64,000 bases of DNA from Candidatus Peribacteria bacterium (GTDB taxonomy: Bacteria; Patescibacteriota; Gracilibacteria; Peribacterales; Peribacteraceae): NCBI GenBank assembly GCA_041691135.1, contig JBEPVF010000004.1:74511-138510 (forward strand), in the 5' to 3' direction. Made by a program: the position numbers and the translations under genes. This document shows, in pieces, positions 9,539 through 19,661 of the stretch (the first letter of the stretch is position 1; every line of letters begins with the position of its first letter). The notes under the pieces are model-generated. The model was not told the DNA's origin. It worked only from the letters and a program-made list of their open reading frames with translations, and did no database searches.

Positions 9539-10837
9539 ATGAAGGTTCTTCTGATCCTCGCCGGTCGTTCGCGCCGCTTTTGGCCTCTGAGCGAGAAGTC
9601 GCTCTTTCCGATCTGCGGGAAGCCTCTTCTCGGCCACCAACTGACCCGTCTGCGGGAAGCAGGTTTCGATGACATCACGCTGGTTGGCGGATCGCACAAT
9701 TTACCCGCCATCTCGGCCATGTTCCCCGATCTGCCGACTATTGAGCAGGAAAAACTAGACCTGGGTATGCAGGGGGCATTTTTGAGTGGCCTGCCCAGCA
9801 TGGGCAATGGGCCGGTACTCGTCGTCGGTTCAAATGACATTATTGAAACATCAGCATTTGAGGAACTGCGCAAAGCGGCAAGCGAACGTGGCGTCGCCGG
9901 CGCGCTGCTGGCCCAGCGTGTGCAACGGTACTTCCCGGGCGGCTATCTGAAGGTAATCGATGGTAGCATCCAGTCAATTGTAGAAAAACCAGGTGAAGGA
10001 AATGAGCCGAGCGACCTCGTGAACATTGTCGCGCACATCCACAATAAGCCGGCGGAACTTTTGGAAGAACTGCGCAAAGTACATAGCGATCGCGACGACG
10101 GCTACGAACAGGCGCTTGCTAAGCTCTTCCCACACCACGTCTACCGCGCGGTCCCCTACGAAGGGGATTGGCAAGCCGTAAAGTATAGCTGGCATCTGTT
10201 GCATTTATTGCCGCTCTTACTCAAAGATGTAAAATCCTCCATCCATCCGACCGCACAGATCCACCCAACTGCCGTGATTGATGGACAAGTGATCATCGAA
10301 GAAGGAACGCGCGTTCTGCCCCACGCCACCATCGTCGGCCCGAGTTACATCGGCCGCGGCACAACGATCGGCAACAACGCACTGGTCCGTGGCTCATCGA
10401 TCGGCAACCACTGTGTGATCGGTTACAACACGGAGGTGAAGGGCAGCGTACTCGCCAACCATATTTGGACGCACAGTACATATCTCGGCGACAGTGTGGT
10501 GGCAGACAACGTCGCCTTCGGCGGCGGTTGCATCGCCGGGAATATGCGTCTGGACGAAGAAGAGATCCATTCGCTGTGGGACGGCTCGCAACTGCCGAGC
10601 GGACTCACTAAGTTTGGCGCGATTATCGGCGAGAACTCCCGACTGGGGATCCAGGTTGGCATGAACCCCGGCATTAAAATCGGCGCCGGCACGTTTGTCG
10701 CCGGTGGCACCTACGTGACTCAAGATGTAGAAGATCACTCATTTGTGTATACAAAAGACGGCAAACTGACGATCAAACCCAATGAATCGCAGGCGCCGAT
10801 TCCCGCCGCCCGGGACAAGTATCGTAAGACGATTTAA
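9539..10837 (+). CDS. Bifunctional sugar-phosphate nucleotidyltransferase/acetyltransferase (archaeal-type GlmU-like)
   Basis: ILAGRSRRFWPL..K N-terminal NTP-transferase motif, VEKP, C-terminal hexapeptide repeats, K.GAIIG. Confidence 0.85.
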   Translation: MKVLLILAGRSRRFWPLSEKSLFPICGKPLLGHQLTRLREAGFDDITLVGGSHNLPAISAMFPDLPTIEQEKLDLGMQGAFLSGLPSMGNGPVLVVGSNDIIETSAFEELRKAASERGVAGALLAQRVQRYFPGGYLKVIDGSIQSIVEKPGEGNEPSDLVNIVAHIHNKPAELLEELRKVHSDRDDGYEQALAKLFPHHVYRAVPYEGDWQAVKYSWHLLHLLPLLLKDVKSSIHPTAQIHPTAVIDGQVIIEEGTRVLPHATIVGPSYIGRGTTIGNNALVRGSSIGNHCVIGYNTEVKGSVLANHIWTHSTYLGDSVVADNVAFGGGCIAGNMRLDEEEIHSLWDGSQLPSGLTKFGAIIGENSRLGIQVGMNPGIKIGAGTFVAGGTYVTQDVEDHSFVYTKDGKLTIKPNESQAPIPAARDKYRKTI

Positions 10838-10882
10838 ACCCTATAAAATAGGCGTATTAGGCTGTAGGATACTTTTCGTCTG

Positions 10883-11262
10883 TTTTCCACATAGTTATCC
10901 ACACCCTGTGGATAACCAAGACTTCTCCACTTATCCACAGGCACTGTGGATAACTTTTTTACACAGGCCTGCTTCGCCAGCAGGGGTTGTCCACATAAAA
11001 ATAGACTTTTTGTTATCTGGAAGCCAAAACAGTAATTTTGAATCCAGCACTCATCTTTGGATTTTCATTTCGATACTTATCCACATGCCTCCCACACAAC
11101 TCTTGTATACAACCTATGCGAACTTTCTCTTCTGTAAGACAAATGTAAAAAATCTTTACAAGCACTTTCCACAGAATACACTCTGATTATCGGTGGTTGG
11201 GAAGAGGTCATGATTACTACTAATTCAATATATTAAATTATCTATTTATATAATAAGGATTT
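10883..11262. promoter_or_regulatory. Probable chromosomal replication origin (oriC)
   Basis: Perfect DnaA boxes TTATCCACA at 10895, 10931 and 11077, TGTGGATAA at 10907 and 10945; near matches at 10883, 10987 and ~11165; AT-rich tract at ~11215-11260; directly upstream of dnaN. Confidence 0.85.
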
Positions 11263-12420
11263 ATGAAATTTTCCTGCAACACACCGGATCTTCTGAACGC
11301 GTTGCACTTGGTACATCGTGCAATTGGAAATCAACAAGCACTTCCTATTCTTGGAAATGTACTTTTAGAAGTGCAGGGAAATGTCTGCACACTCAGTGCA
11401 ACGGATTTGGAACTAAGTATTATCACAAAATTTCCAGCCACCATTGAATCAGAAGGACGCATTACAATTCCCGCCAAGGCAATAGTGAACTTTGCACAAT
11501 ACAATACAGATCCAGAGGTCACTATTGAGGTGGTAAATGAATCACAGGTGCGTTGTGTTTCAAAGCATGCCAAAACAGTCATTGGGGGTGAATCGGCGAG
11601 TGATTACCCAACCATTACAGCAATGGAGAAACAACAGTCATTCACATTGGAAATTGATTCCTTCCTACATGCTCTACATCTGGTGACATTCGCCTCGGCA
11701 AAAACCAGCCTGCGACCGGTTCTCTCGGGTGTGTATTTGAAGGGCGAGGGCGACAAGGTGGTGATGGTGGCGACGGACAGTTACCGGTTATCAGAGTGCA
11801 GGATTCCCGCCAGTGGCATAGCGGCCGAGCTGACTTGTATTATTCCCACGAAGATTTTGGATGAGGTGAAGGTAATTCTCAGTTCAGCCAAAGGGGATAA
11901 GAAAAAAGAGAAGGGCGAGGAGAAGCCAGTAGAGAATCCAGTGGTGACGACGGAGGTCATTCTCAGTCGCCAGCAGGTGGAGTTTCAAATAGGAAATACG
12001 CGCCTTTTGTCGCGCCTTATTGACGGCAAGTTTCCGGATTATCATCAGATCATCCCCAAGGAATACCAGACGACCGTTGAATTCTCGGTGGCCGAACTGC
12101 TGCCGACCGTGCGGCGTATGCACTACTTTGCCAAGGAAATTAACAATAACCTCACATTTAGCCTGGAAAAGGAGCAGGTAAAGATAGCGACCCCACAGAC
12201 CCAAATAGGCAAAGATGAAGCATATTTGGCTGCGACCATCGAAGGAGGCGAGAATAAGATTGCGCTTAGCTCCTCCTATCTATTAGACTTCCTGGGACAC
12301 ATCGATGCGGAAAAGGTAGTCATGCAGATGAGTGATAGTCAGCGTCCGGCCATCTTCCGTTTGCCGGACGAAAGTGATTTTCTTCACCTCATCATGCCAC
12401 TGCGAATGCAGGAATCGTAA
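11263..12420 (+). CDS. dnaN: DNA polymerase III beta sliding clamp
   Basis: LPILGN, ATDLE, RPVLSGV, ATDSYRL, SRLIDGKFPDY, IMPLR. Confidence 0.97.
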   Translation: MKFSCNTPDLLNALHLVHRAIGNQQALPILGNVLLEVQGNVCTLSATDLELSIITKFPATIESEGRITIPAKAIVNFAQYNTDPEVTIEVVNESQVRCVSKHAKTVIGGESASDYPTITAMEKQQSFTLEIDSFLHALHLVTFASAKTSLRPVLSGVYLKGEGDKVVMVATDSYRLSECRIPASGIAAELTCIIPTKILDEVKVILSSAKGDKKKEKGEEKPVENPVVTTEVILSRQQVEFQIGNTRLLSRLIDGKFPDYHQIIPKEYQTTVEFSVAELLPTVRRMHYFAKEINNNLTFSLEKEQVKIATPQTQIGKDEAYLAATIEGGENKIALSSSYLLDFLGHIDAEKVVMQMSDSQRPAIFRLPDESDFLHLIMPLRMQES

Positions 12421-12519
12421 ATCGTGTCTTCTTTTCATTCTTCGTATAGAAAGTACTTCATTGCGCGCTAGAAATAGAGAATTGGCGGCAATGGAGCAGA
12501 GTCATCATTTTTTTTGGTC

Positions 12520-15500
12520 ATGAAGTCTTCTCTCCTTCTCGGGAAGGATACACATCGGGAATTGAGCGACCTGCTCCGGTCTGATCGGAAGCTGGTGATT
12601 TCGGGTGCGTCCAACGAGACGGCCAAGGCCCTTCTACTCTCGCATCTTTTGGGGTTCCATAATCAGCCCTGTTTACTCGTCACGCAGAACGAAGCCGGGC
12701 GCGAAGCGCTCCAGCACTGGTTACACTTTTTTGAGTGTGAGGCGCATGTTCTGTCGCCGGTGCAGGATGCCGAGGACCGGGTGATCCCCGCCCACCTGCA
12801 GATGTATATGTTCCTGATGCAGGGAAATGGAATGCAGGGCGATAAGCATCCGATTTTTATTATCACGCGCGATGAATGGGGGGTGGAATTTCCGTTGTTC
12901 ACCGAGATGCAGCAGCGCAGTATCAGCCTCAAGCAAGGCGAGCCCATGAACTTCACCGCTCTTTTTGAATCATTCATTGATCGTGGTTACCGCCATGGTG
13001 ATGACTTATATCTGAGTCCCGGCGAGTACCGTCGTATAGGCGACACGCTTGATATCTTTCCCATTCAATCGGCGGCGCCATACCGTGTCACGTTTGATTT
13101 CGACAAGGTCGACAAAATCCTGCAGGTGGATATGACGGACTACTCGAAAACCACGGATGTGGGAACGACGCTGATGATCGCACCGGTTGTGTACAGCACT
13201 ACAAAGCTTCTTGAGCATCAGTTGCCCAAACAAGTGCTGCTGGTCCTGGATGATCAGGATGAGGTACCGGCACCGGCCGGAGCGGAGACGCTGCGTTTCA
13301 CATCCTTTCCTGAATCACAGGATCATCACGCGCACTTGCGCTATCTGTCGGTCCTGAAATTCTACACCCTCACTGACTTCTTGAATGACGTCCGTGACAA
13401 GCTCCAGCAGAACTGGCGGCTGATTGTCGTCACCAAGCGGAGCGACGAGCTACAGGGCATCCTGAAGGAAGAGAAGGTGCCATTTTCGCTGGAAGACGAA
13501 TCGCGGCAGGGGGCGATGACGCTCATTCATGCCAAAGAGGACGATCTGCTCCCCCACTCGCTGCAGAATCCGGATCTCCAATGCGCACTTCTCACCGACC
13601 GCGAGATTTTCTCGCTCAAGAAAGCGGGCAAGCAGCGCAGTGTGCAGAAACTGGCGCTCGACTTCATCACGTCACTTCAGGCCGGAGACTATGTGGTGCA
13701 TATGGACCACGGTATCGGGCACTTCGAAGGCATGACGCAGAAGACGGTGGATGAGGTGACGCGCGAATACCTGGAACTCAGTTACGCCGGCGGCGATAAA
13801 TTGTTTATTCCGGTGGACCAGGCCGACAAGCTGAGCAAGTTCGTCCATGAAGAAGGTGAAGAGCCGGTGCTCACGCGGCTCGGAACGATTGAATGGAAGA
13901 AGGTGTCTGAAAAGATGCGTCAGGAGACGAAAGAAATTGCGAAAGAATTGCTGAATTTGTACGCCCAGCGGGCAAAGGCGAAGGGGCATAGTTATCCAGA
14001 GGATTCGGATATGCTGCGTAAATTCGAGGCCAATTTCCCATATCAGGAAACACCTGGTCAGATGAAAGCGATTCAGGACATCAAGGCTGACATGGAGAGC
14101 GAGCACCCGATGGACCGTCTCGTCTGCGGCGATGTGGGATTTGGAAAAACGGAAGTCGCGATGCGTGCCGCGTTCAAGGCCGCCGCGTCGGGCAAGCAGG
14201 TCGCGGTGATCGCGCCGATCACCATCTTGGCCGACCAACATTACCGAAACTTCGAAGACCGTATGAAGGGTTTCCCGCTCAAGGTGGAAATGCTCAGCCG
14301 CTTCCGCAGTGCCGCGCAGCAGAAAGTGATTCTGGAAAAATTGCGCAAAGGCGATGTCGATATTGTTATTGGCACGCATCGGTTGCTGCAGGACGATGTG
14401 AAATTCTTGAATCTGGGACTGGTGATCATCGATGAAGAGCAGCGCTTCGGCGTGAAGCAGAAGGAAAAATTCAAAGAAATGCGCTCATCAGTTGATATTC
14501 TCACGCTCACGGCAACACCCATTCCGCGCACGCTGAATTTGGGTCTGCACAAATTGCGCGACATCACGACGATCACGACGCCACCACCCGGACGCCTGCC
14601 GATCATCACCGAAGTGCGAAAATATTCCGATGAACTCGTGCGCCAGGCGATCCTGGCCGAGGTCAAACGCGACGGACAGTGTTTCGTTCTCCATAACCGC
14701 GTCGAGACGATCGATGCATTCGCCGACAAGCTGCGCGCCCTCATTCCTGAAGCGACATTCATCGTCGGACACGGGCAACTGAAGCCGGAACAGTTGGAAG
14801 AACGCATCGTGGCGTTCAAGGCGGGCAAGTACAACGTCCTTGTCAGTTCCACCATCATCGAGAACGGCATCGACTTGCCGCGCGCCAATACGCTGATTGT
14901 AAATGAGGCGGAGCGGTTTGGACTGAGCCAGTTGTACCAGCTGCGTGGCCGTGTGGGCCGTGGGAAGGTCCAGGCGTACGCGTACTTCCTCTACCATACC
15001 CAGCGCCTCAAAGACGACGCCAAGAAGCGTCTGCGCGCGATTGTGGAGGCATGTGAACTCGGGTCGGGATTCCAAGTGGCGATGCGCGACCTGGAGATCC
15101 GCGGCGCCGGCGAAATTCTGGGCGCGAGTCAGTCGGGTACGATGCAGACGGTGGGAGTGAGTCACTACCTGCGCATGCTCAAGCAGGCGGTGGAAGAACT
15201 GAAAGGCGGCAAGCGCGACGAAGTGGAAGCCGAAGTGGAAGTGGAGATCCAACTTCCGGTCGAGGCATTCATTCCATCATTCTATGTGCCGGATGATCAG
15301 GAAAAAATTTCGGTGTACCAAAAGCTGGCTGGCTCAGAAGACGAAGCGATTCTTTCCGAATTCGATGCCGACCTTCGCGACGAGTACGGCGAACCGCCCG
15401 AGCAGGTGAAGGATCTGTTCCGCATCCTGCGACTCAAGATGGCCGCCCGGCGGGCCGGTGTGCAGCGCATCAAGATGGAAGACCGCAGTGCAGGCGGCGA

Positions 15501-15726
15501 CATTGTCCTCACGCTGAGTCCTCATGTGACGGCCGCCGAGATCATGCAGCTTCTGCGCGTCAACTCACTCTGGAAGATCAGCGGCACCACACTCCGCATC
15601 GGTTTCCAGACCATGCAGAACAAAGCTAAAGGAAAGCATTGGTTGGAGGAATTATCTGAAGAAATCACATTATTGCGGAAGGAGAAGAAGCCAAAAAAAG
15701 AGAAGAAAGAAGAAGTGGAGGCATAA
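12520..15726 (+). CDS. mfd: Transcription-repair coupling factor
   Basis: CarD/RID domain (GDYVVH.DHGIG), GDVGFGKTE, DEEQRFG, TATPIPRT, QLRGRVGR, TRG motif and C-terminal TRCF domain. Confidence 0.97.
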   Translation: MKSSLLLGKDTHRELSDLLRSDRKLVISGASNETAKALLLSHLLGFHNQPCLLVTQNEAGREALQHWLHFFECEAHVLSPVQDAEDRVIPAHLQMYMFLMQGNGMQGDKHPIFIITRDEWGVEFPLFTEMQQRSISLKQGEPMNFTALFESFIDRGYRHGDDLYLSPGEYRRIGDTLDIFPIQSAAPYRVTFDFDKVDKILQVDMTDYSKTTDVGTTLMIAPVVYSTTKLLEHQLPKQVLLVLDDQDEVPAPAGAETLRFTSFPESQDHHAHLRYLSVLKFYTLTDFLNDVRDKLQQNWRLIVVTKRSDELQGILKEEKVPFSLEDESRQGAMTLIHAKEDDLLPHSLQNPDLQCALLTDREIFSLKKAGKQRSVQKLALDFITSLQAGDYVVHMDHGIGHFEGMTQKTVDEVTREYLELSYAGGDKLFIPVDQADKLSKFVHEEGEEPVLTRLGTIEWKKVSEKMRQETKEIAKELLNLYAQRAKAKGHSYPEDSDMLRKFEANFPYQETPGQMKAIQDIKADMESEHPMDRLVCGDVGFGKTEVAMRAAFKAAASGKQVAVIAPITILADQHYRNFEDRMKGFPLKVEMLSRFRSAAQQKVILEKLRKGDVDIVIGTHRLLQDDVKFLNLGLVIIDEEQRFGVKQKEKFKEMRSSVDILTLTATPIPRTLNLGLHKLRDITTITTPPPGRLPIITEVRKYSDELVRQAILAEVKRDGQCFVLHNRVETIDAFADKLRALIPEATFIVGHGQLKPEQLEERIVAFKAGKYNVLVSSTIIENGIDLPRANTLIVNEAERFGLSQLYQLRGRVGRGKVQAYAYFLYHTQRLKDDAKKRLRAIVEACELGSGFQVAMRDLEIRGAGEILGASQSGTMQTVGVSHYLRMLKQAVEELKGGKRDEVEAEVEVEIQLPVEAFIPSFYVPDDQEKISVYQKLAGSEDEAILSEFDADLRDEYGEPPEQVKDLFRILRLKMAARRAGVQRIKMEDRSAGGDIVLTLSPHVTAAEIMQLLRVNSLWKISGTTLRIGFQTMQNKAKGKHWLEELSEEITLLRKEKKPKKEKKEEVEA

Positions 15727-15768
15727 AGATCGCCTCTCCTCGCACTCTCTGCATGCTTTTGCTCGCCA

Positions 15769-15797
15769 TTGAGCAAAATCCTATTTTCGGCTATACT
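15769..15797 (+). promoter_or_regulatory. Sigma70-type promoter of module 1
   Basis: TTGAGC-17 nt-TATACT, 10 nt before the ATG at 15808. Confidence 0.55.
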
Positions 15798-15807
15798 ATA
15801 AAGAAAC

Positions 15808-16140
15808 ATGACAAAAACAGACCCGCCACGTATTCCAACCGGCCAAGAGCTCTTCGATTCGATCATGGAGCACATTGAGCCCGAGCTCACATCACAAGGT
15901 GTGAAGAAATTGGCAGAAACATATAAAAATGAAACACCTGCTGATCAGGCTACGCGAAAGCAGCGCTACGAGCTGGCGTTCGAACGGTATGAGCAGGCAT
16001 ATCAGGGATACTTGGATACGTTGCAGGCACAAGTTGAGCGCTACCGGCATGAATCATTCCGACAAGTGGAACTGGAAGATCAAAATAAGGAGCAGAGTGT
16101 CATGCAACGGTTACAGCAATCTATTTTTCAAATCGCCTAA
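15808..16140 (+). CDS. Conserved ~110-aa helical hypothetical protein (paralog of 23650-23997)
   Basis: D.IM..IEPELT...L..TYKNETP...R..RY motif shared with the paralog. Confidence 0.8.
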   Translation: MTKTDPPRIPTGQELFDSIMEHIEPELTSQGVKKLAETYKNETPADQATRKQRYELAFERYEQAYQGYLDTLQAQVERYRHESFRQVELEDQNKEQSVMQRLQQSIFQIA

Positions 16141-16649
16141 TGCCTTTTTCTTCTCATCCAGATTGGCACGAGCGTCGCACTCTCCGGTTTGGACCGGCAT
16201 TCGGACCTGAGCAAGCTGATAGGGATATTAAAAAAATGGAAACGCAAGACACACCCGAAGCAGCTGATGCTCAGTCCAGGGAAAAGAAGGAAGACCCGGA
16301 GACAATGGACTCGTTGATGAAGAAGCGGGAGGAAAAAGTTGCAGCGCTTGATCGAAAACTCGAAGCGACGCGATCAAGGGCTGAATCGACTCCTAGCGAA
16401 GCCAAAACACTAACTGAGAGAAATGCCAAGAACCAGGCACTTGAAACCGATCTGAATGCCGGCAAAGATGCCACACTTGTTGGATTAGCGATGCCAGACT
16501 CCCATGCTCCTGAGGCATATCCGGATCCACAGCAGGGCAAGGTGCTCACCGCCAAGGTGGAAGCCGATGTGGCGGTAGAAGGCGCGAACAAGGCGGATGA
16601 TGCCAAGAAAACAGAACAGCCTAAGGGCCCGGAAACGCTGACAGCGTAA
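16140..16649 (+). CDS. Hypothetical charged/low-complexity protein with N-terminal HERRTLRF motif
   Basis: TAATG overlap with the upstream gene. Confidence 0.7.
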   Translation: MPFSSHPDWHERRTLRFGPAFGPEQADRDIKKMETQDTPEAADAQSREKKEDPETMDSLMKKREEKVAALDRKLEATRSRAESTPSEAKTLTERNAKNQALETDLNAGKDATLVGLAMPDSHAPEAYPDPQQGKVLTAKVEADVAVEGANKADDAKKTEQPKGPETLTA

Positions 16650-16679
16650 GGTGTCTGATCTCGATGCGTCACAACATGT

Positions 16680-16991
16680 ATGGTTGAGCAGCCCGTGCGT
16701 GCACAGGTAAATCATATGAAGACATTTTTCTGGCACCTGTTTATTTTTCTCGGAGGGATCGTCATTCTCTTAATTCTGAATACGCTCACCGGTTTTGATC
16801 TGCTGTGGTTTTTATGGCCGGCAGGAGTCTGGAGCGTATTGATACTTTTGCATGCGACGTATGCTTTCGTATTTACCCGGGCATTCGTAACCGAGCGGCA
16901 GGAAGAAAAATCCACGCAGGTGCTGGCGCAGGAAACGAATGTGGTGGAGGCGGCCAAAGAAACAGTCGCACCGGAGCTGGCGAGCAAATGA
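16680..16991 (+). CDS. 2TM-domain small membrane protein
   Basis: F.WHLFIF...LN.LT...WFLWP...W...L.LHA pattern of the 2TM family. Confidence 0.65.
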   Translation: MVEQPVRAQVNHMKTFFWHLFIFLGGIVILLILNTLTGFDLLWFLWPAGVWSVLILLHATYAFVFTRAFVTERQEEKSTQVLAQETNVVEAAKETVAPELASK

Positions 16992-17017
16992 CGGGTGCTG
17001 AACGGAGAGGGGGCAGA

Positions 17018-17758
17018 CTACTTTTCGTCCAGCCAGGTATAAACCAAATCGGTCGTCGATGCCGGAAGAGTGCCATCCCACTTGTCGCCCGTTGCAACAG
17101 TCGTGTCTTTGGGCGCGATGGTTTTGATGAAGTCATACTTCAGCTGTAGCGCCTTACTTTTCTTTGCACGCTCTTCGAAGGCGTCGTGGGCCAGCAGGTA
17201 GTATGCGAACGATTCGGCGAAGTCCTCGATGGGATTGGTCATCGCGTAATCGGTGACAAAGTCGCGCGTCTTGGCGTCCGGCTTCATTCTTGTCGAATCA
17301 GTCCACGAAATCGTGTAGAACGTGTAGCTCGGGTCATCACGGAATGTCGGCAGGGTGCGGAAGGTGAAGGCGGTGGATTTGCCGCGCGGATTGCCGGTGA
17401 GCGCACGAAAATCCAAAATGTGACCGTATTCATGAATGATCGTCGCGCGCTTGGCATTCTGTTCGGCCGTCCCATCAATCCACATATCACCGTAGGTGCT
17501 GGTGAAGCCGCTCAGCTGATTGGCGTTGGTCGTGTCGTAATGGAAGTTGATCGAACGCACGTACTGTTTGGCGTTCGGTGCGATTGTACGAAAGGTGCTG
17601 AGGGCGAGGGCGCAATCGGCAGGTTCACCAGCACAGGGAATCTCGGGTGCCGGGAGTTCGGCTTGCCGTCGCAGCCGGTCGCCAATGCTGAGAGCCAGCA
17701 AAATGCCGCCAAGAAGAATTGCGGCAAAAGCCAGCCAGAAGAAACGGGAGCGACGCAT
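17018..17758 (-). CDS. Membrane-anchored zinc metallopeptidase
   Basis: N-terminal TM segment; HEYGH plus FVTDYA.TN..EDFAESF. Confidence 0.8.
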   Translation of the reverse strand: MRRSRFFWLAFAAILLGGILLALSIGDRLRRQAELPAPEIPCAGEPADCALALSTFRTIAPNAKQYVRSINFHYDTTNANQLSGFTSTYGDMWIDGTAEQNAKRATIIHEYGHILDFRALTGNPRGKSTAFTFRTLPTFRDDPSYTFYTISWTDSTRMKPDAKTRDFVTDYAMTNPIEDFAESFAYYLLAHDAFEERAKKSKALQLKYDFIKTIAPKDTTVATGDKWDGTLPASTTDLVYTWLDEK

Positions 17759-17854
17759 GGGGGTGAGCTGATGGTAGCGAGAGACGGGCGAAAGTCGAAG
17801 GGCGTTCGTCCGTCAGGGCTACTCACACGCTTTTTCTGCAGGTATTCTCGTCCT

Positions 17855-19660
17855 ATGTTAAAACGTTTCGCCGATCGGCTGGCCTGGTGGCACATTGCCC
17901 TGTTCATTGTGGCGGTGTGTGCCCTGCTGTACGGACCCTCGGTGACCGATAAATTTGTGAGCCTAGACGACGGACTGCTCATCACCGACAACCCTGCGAT
18001 ACAAGAGCTGTCGCCTGCCACGCTCAAGCGCGTCTTCACCACGTACGATCCCGAGCTTTACGATCCGCTCACGCTAATGACATACCAGGTTGAGCATGCA
18101 CTATTCGGATTTCGTCCGGGCGTATTCCATTTGGATAACCTGATCCTCCACACGCTCAATGCACTGCTGGTCTTTGCTGTGATGCTGCAGCTCTTCCGCC
18201 GCAAGGGCGTGGCGGCAGCAACAGCTCTTCTGTTCGCCGTGCATCCGTTGCAGACCGAAGCGGTGCTATGGGCGGCGGCGCGCAAAGACCTCCTCTCGAC
18301 ATTTTTCTTTCTCTCGTCCCTCGGTTCGTATCTCCTCTGGCGCGAACGCGAGGAGAAGTGGTTTTCCTTTTTCAGTGTTGCACTCTTTGTGCTTGGCCTG
18401 TTCGCCAAAGTCACAGTCATCACGCTGCCGATCGTGTTGCTTCTCATCGATTGGAAACGGCATCGGTCCTTGCCGCGTGCCGTTGCCGAAAAGTGGCCGT
18501 ACTGGCTGGCTGCCATCATTTTTGGCATCGTGGCCATCTTTGGAAAACGCGAAGTGCTCGCCGATTCCGGATTGTGGAGCAATTTCCTGCTGGCCTGCAA
18601 GAGCGCCGTCTTCTATCTGTGGCATTTACTGATACCGACCGGATTCACGATCATCTATCCGCAGCACACACCCGTCACGCTTGCAGCACCGGAATTTCTC
18701 GTGCCCGTTCTCATTGTTCTTGCACTCGTGGCAGTCATCATCGCATCACTGCGTAGGTTCCCTGTCGTTTCCTTTGCCCTCGCATTCTACTTGGTCACAC
18801 TCGTGCCGAACTTCACCAACTTCGTCAAAGACGGTGTCACCTATTTTGCCTCTGATCGTTACGCCTACATTCCGAGTATCGGTATCTTCCTGCTGGTGGC
18901 ATTGGCAGTCGCGTGGTTGTACGAGCATAAACCATTCGGCAAATGGGGCGCCCGCGCGATAGATGCCGTCGTCATTTGCGTCTTTGTGGGACTCATCGGT
19001 CTGGCACGCGTGCAGGCCGACACATGGATCGATAGCGAGACGCTGTACACGCAGGCGTTGTCGATTGCACCATCCACGTTGGCATACAACAACCTCGGCG
19101 ATTTCTATATGAAGAATAACCGTCCCGAACTCGCCAAAGATCAGTTTATCGCAGCCATCTCACTGGATCCCACCTACGAGCGTGCCTATAACAATCTCGG
19201 CAACTACTACCGTGACCAGGGCGATTACGAGGAGGCGATGCGTGTGTATCGTCAGGCCATCAAGTCGCTGGGTGCTGGCCCCATCACCAGCATTGAGTAC
19301 TTGGCGCCGTACTATTACTTGGGCGAAACGCTGGAGCTCCTGGGTCGTAGTGATGAAGCGCTGAAGCAGTTCGAGGCGGCAGTTGCACGTGCGCCGGACC
19401 GAGCCGAGCCGCACTACAATCTGGGTTTGCAGTTGGAGAAATCGGAAAAAACAGAGGGCGCGACTGCGGAATACCAGAAGGCGGTGGCAATCGATCCGGG
19501 TTACATCCCCGCCCAGTACCATCTGGCCGGCCTGCTCGCCGAGAGTGGCAAACTCCAGGAGGCCGCAGCGGCGCTAGAAGCGGTCGTACGCGTGAATCCG
19601 AACTACGAAAAAGCGACGGAGCACCTGCAGGACATTCGCGCCTTGTTGCGCGGTCAGTAG
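17855..19660 (+). CDS. TMTC-like GT-C protein O-mannosyltransferase candidate with C-terminal TPRs
   Basis: DD in the first loop, Y.PLT, FH..NL.LH, LFAVHPLQTEAV.W...RKD, DRY.Y.P, then TPR repeats (AYNNLG); start moved to the ATG at 17855. Confidence 0.82.
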   Translation: MLKRFADRLAWWHIALFIVAVCALLYGPSVTDKFVSLDDGLLITDNPAIQELSPATLKRVFTTYDPELYDPLTLMTYQVEHALFGFRPGVFHLDNLILHTLNALLVFAVMLQLFRRKGVAAATALLFAVHPLQTEAVLWAAARKDLLSTFFFLSSLGSYLLWREREEKWFSFFSVALFVLGLFAKVTVITLPIVLLLIDWKRHRSLPRAVAEKWPYWLAAIIFGIVAIFGKREVLADSGLWSNFLLACKSAVFYLWHLLIPTGFTIIYPQHTPVTLAAPEFLVPVLIVLALVAVIIASLRRFPVVSFALAFYLVTLVPNFTNFVKDGVTYFASDRYAYIPSIGIFLLVALAVAWLYEHKPFGKWGARAIDAVVICVFVGLIGLARVQADTWIDSETLYTQALSIAPSTLAYNNLGDFYMKNNRPELAKDQFIAAISLDPTYERAYNNLGNYYRDQGDYEEAMRVYRQAIKSLGAGPITSIEYLAPYYYLGETLELLGRSDEALKQFEAAVARAPDRAEPHYNLGLQLEKSEKTEGATAEYQKAVAIDPGYIPAQYHLAGLLAESGKLQEAAAALEAVVRVNPNYEKATEHLQDIRALLRGQ

Positions 19661-19661
19661 C

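Noticed and set aside
17186-17854. N-terminal extensions in the ORF track (TMTC-like, ftsW, murG, flippase, cyclophilin, 40128-40241)
   Set aside because: They overlap neighbouring genes; downstream ATGs fit family starts, overlaps or -10 spacing better
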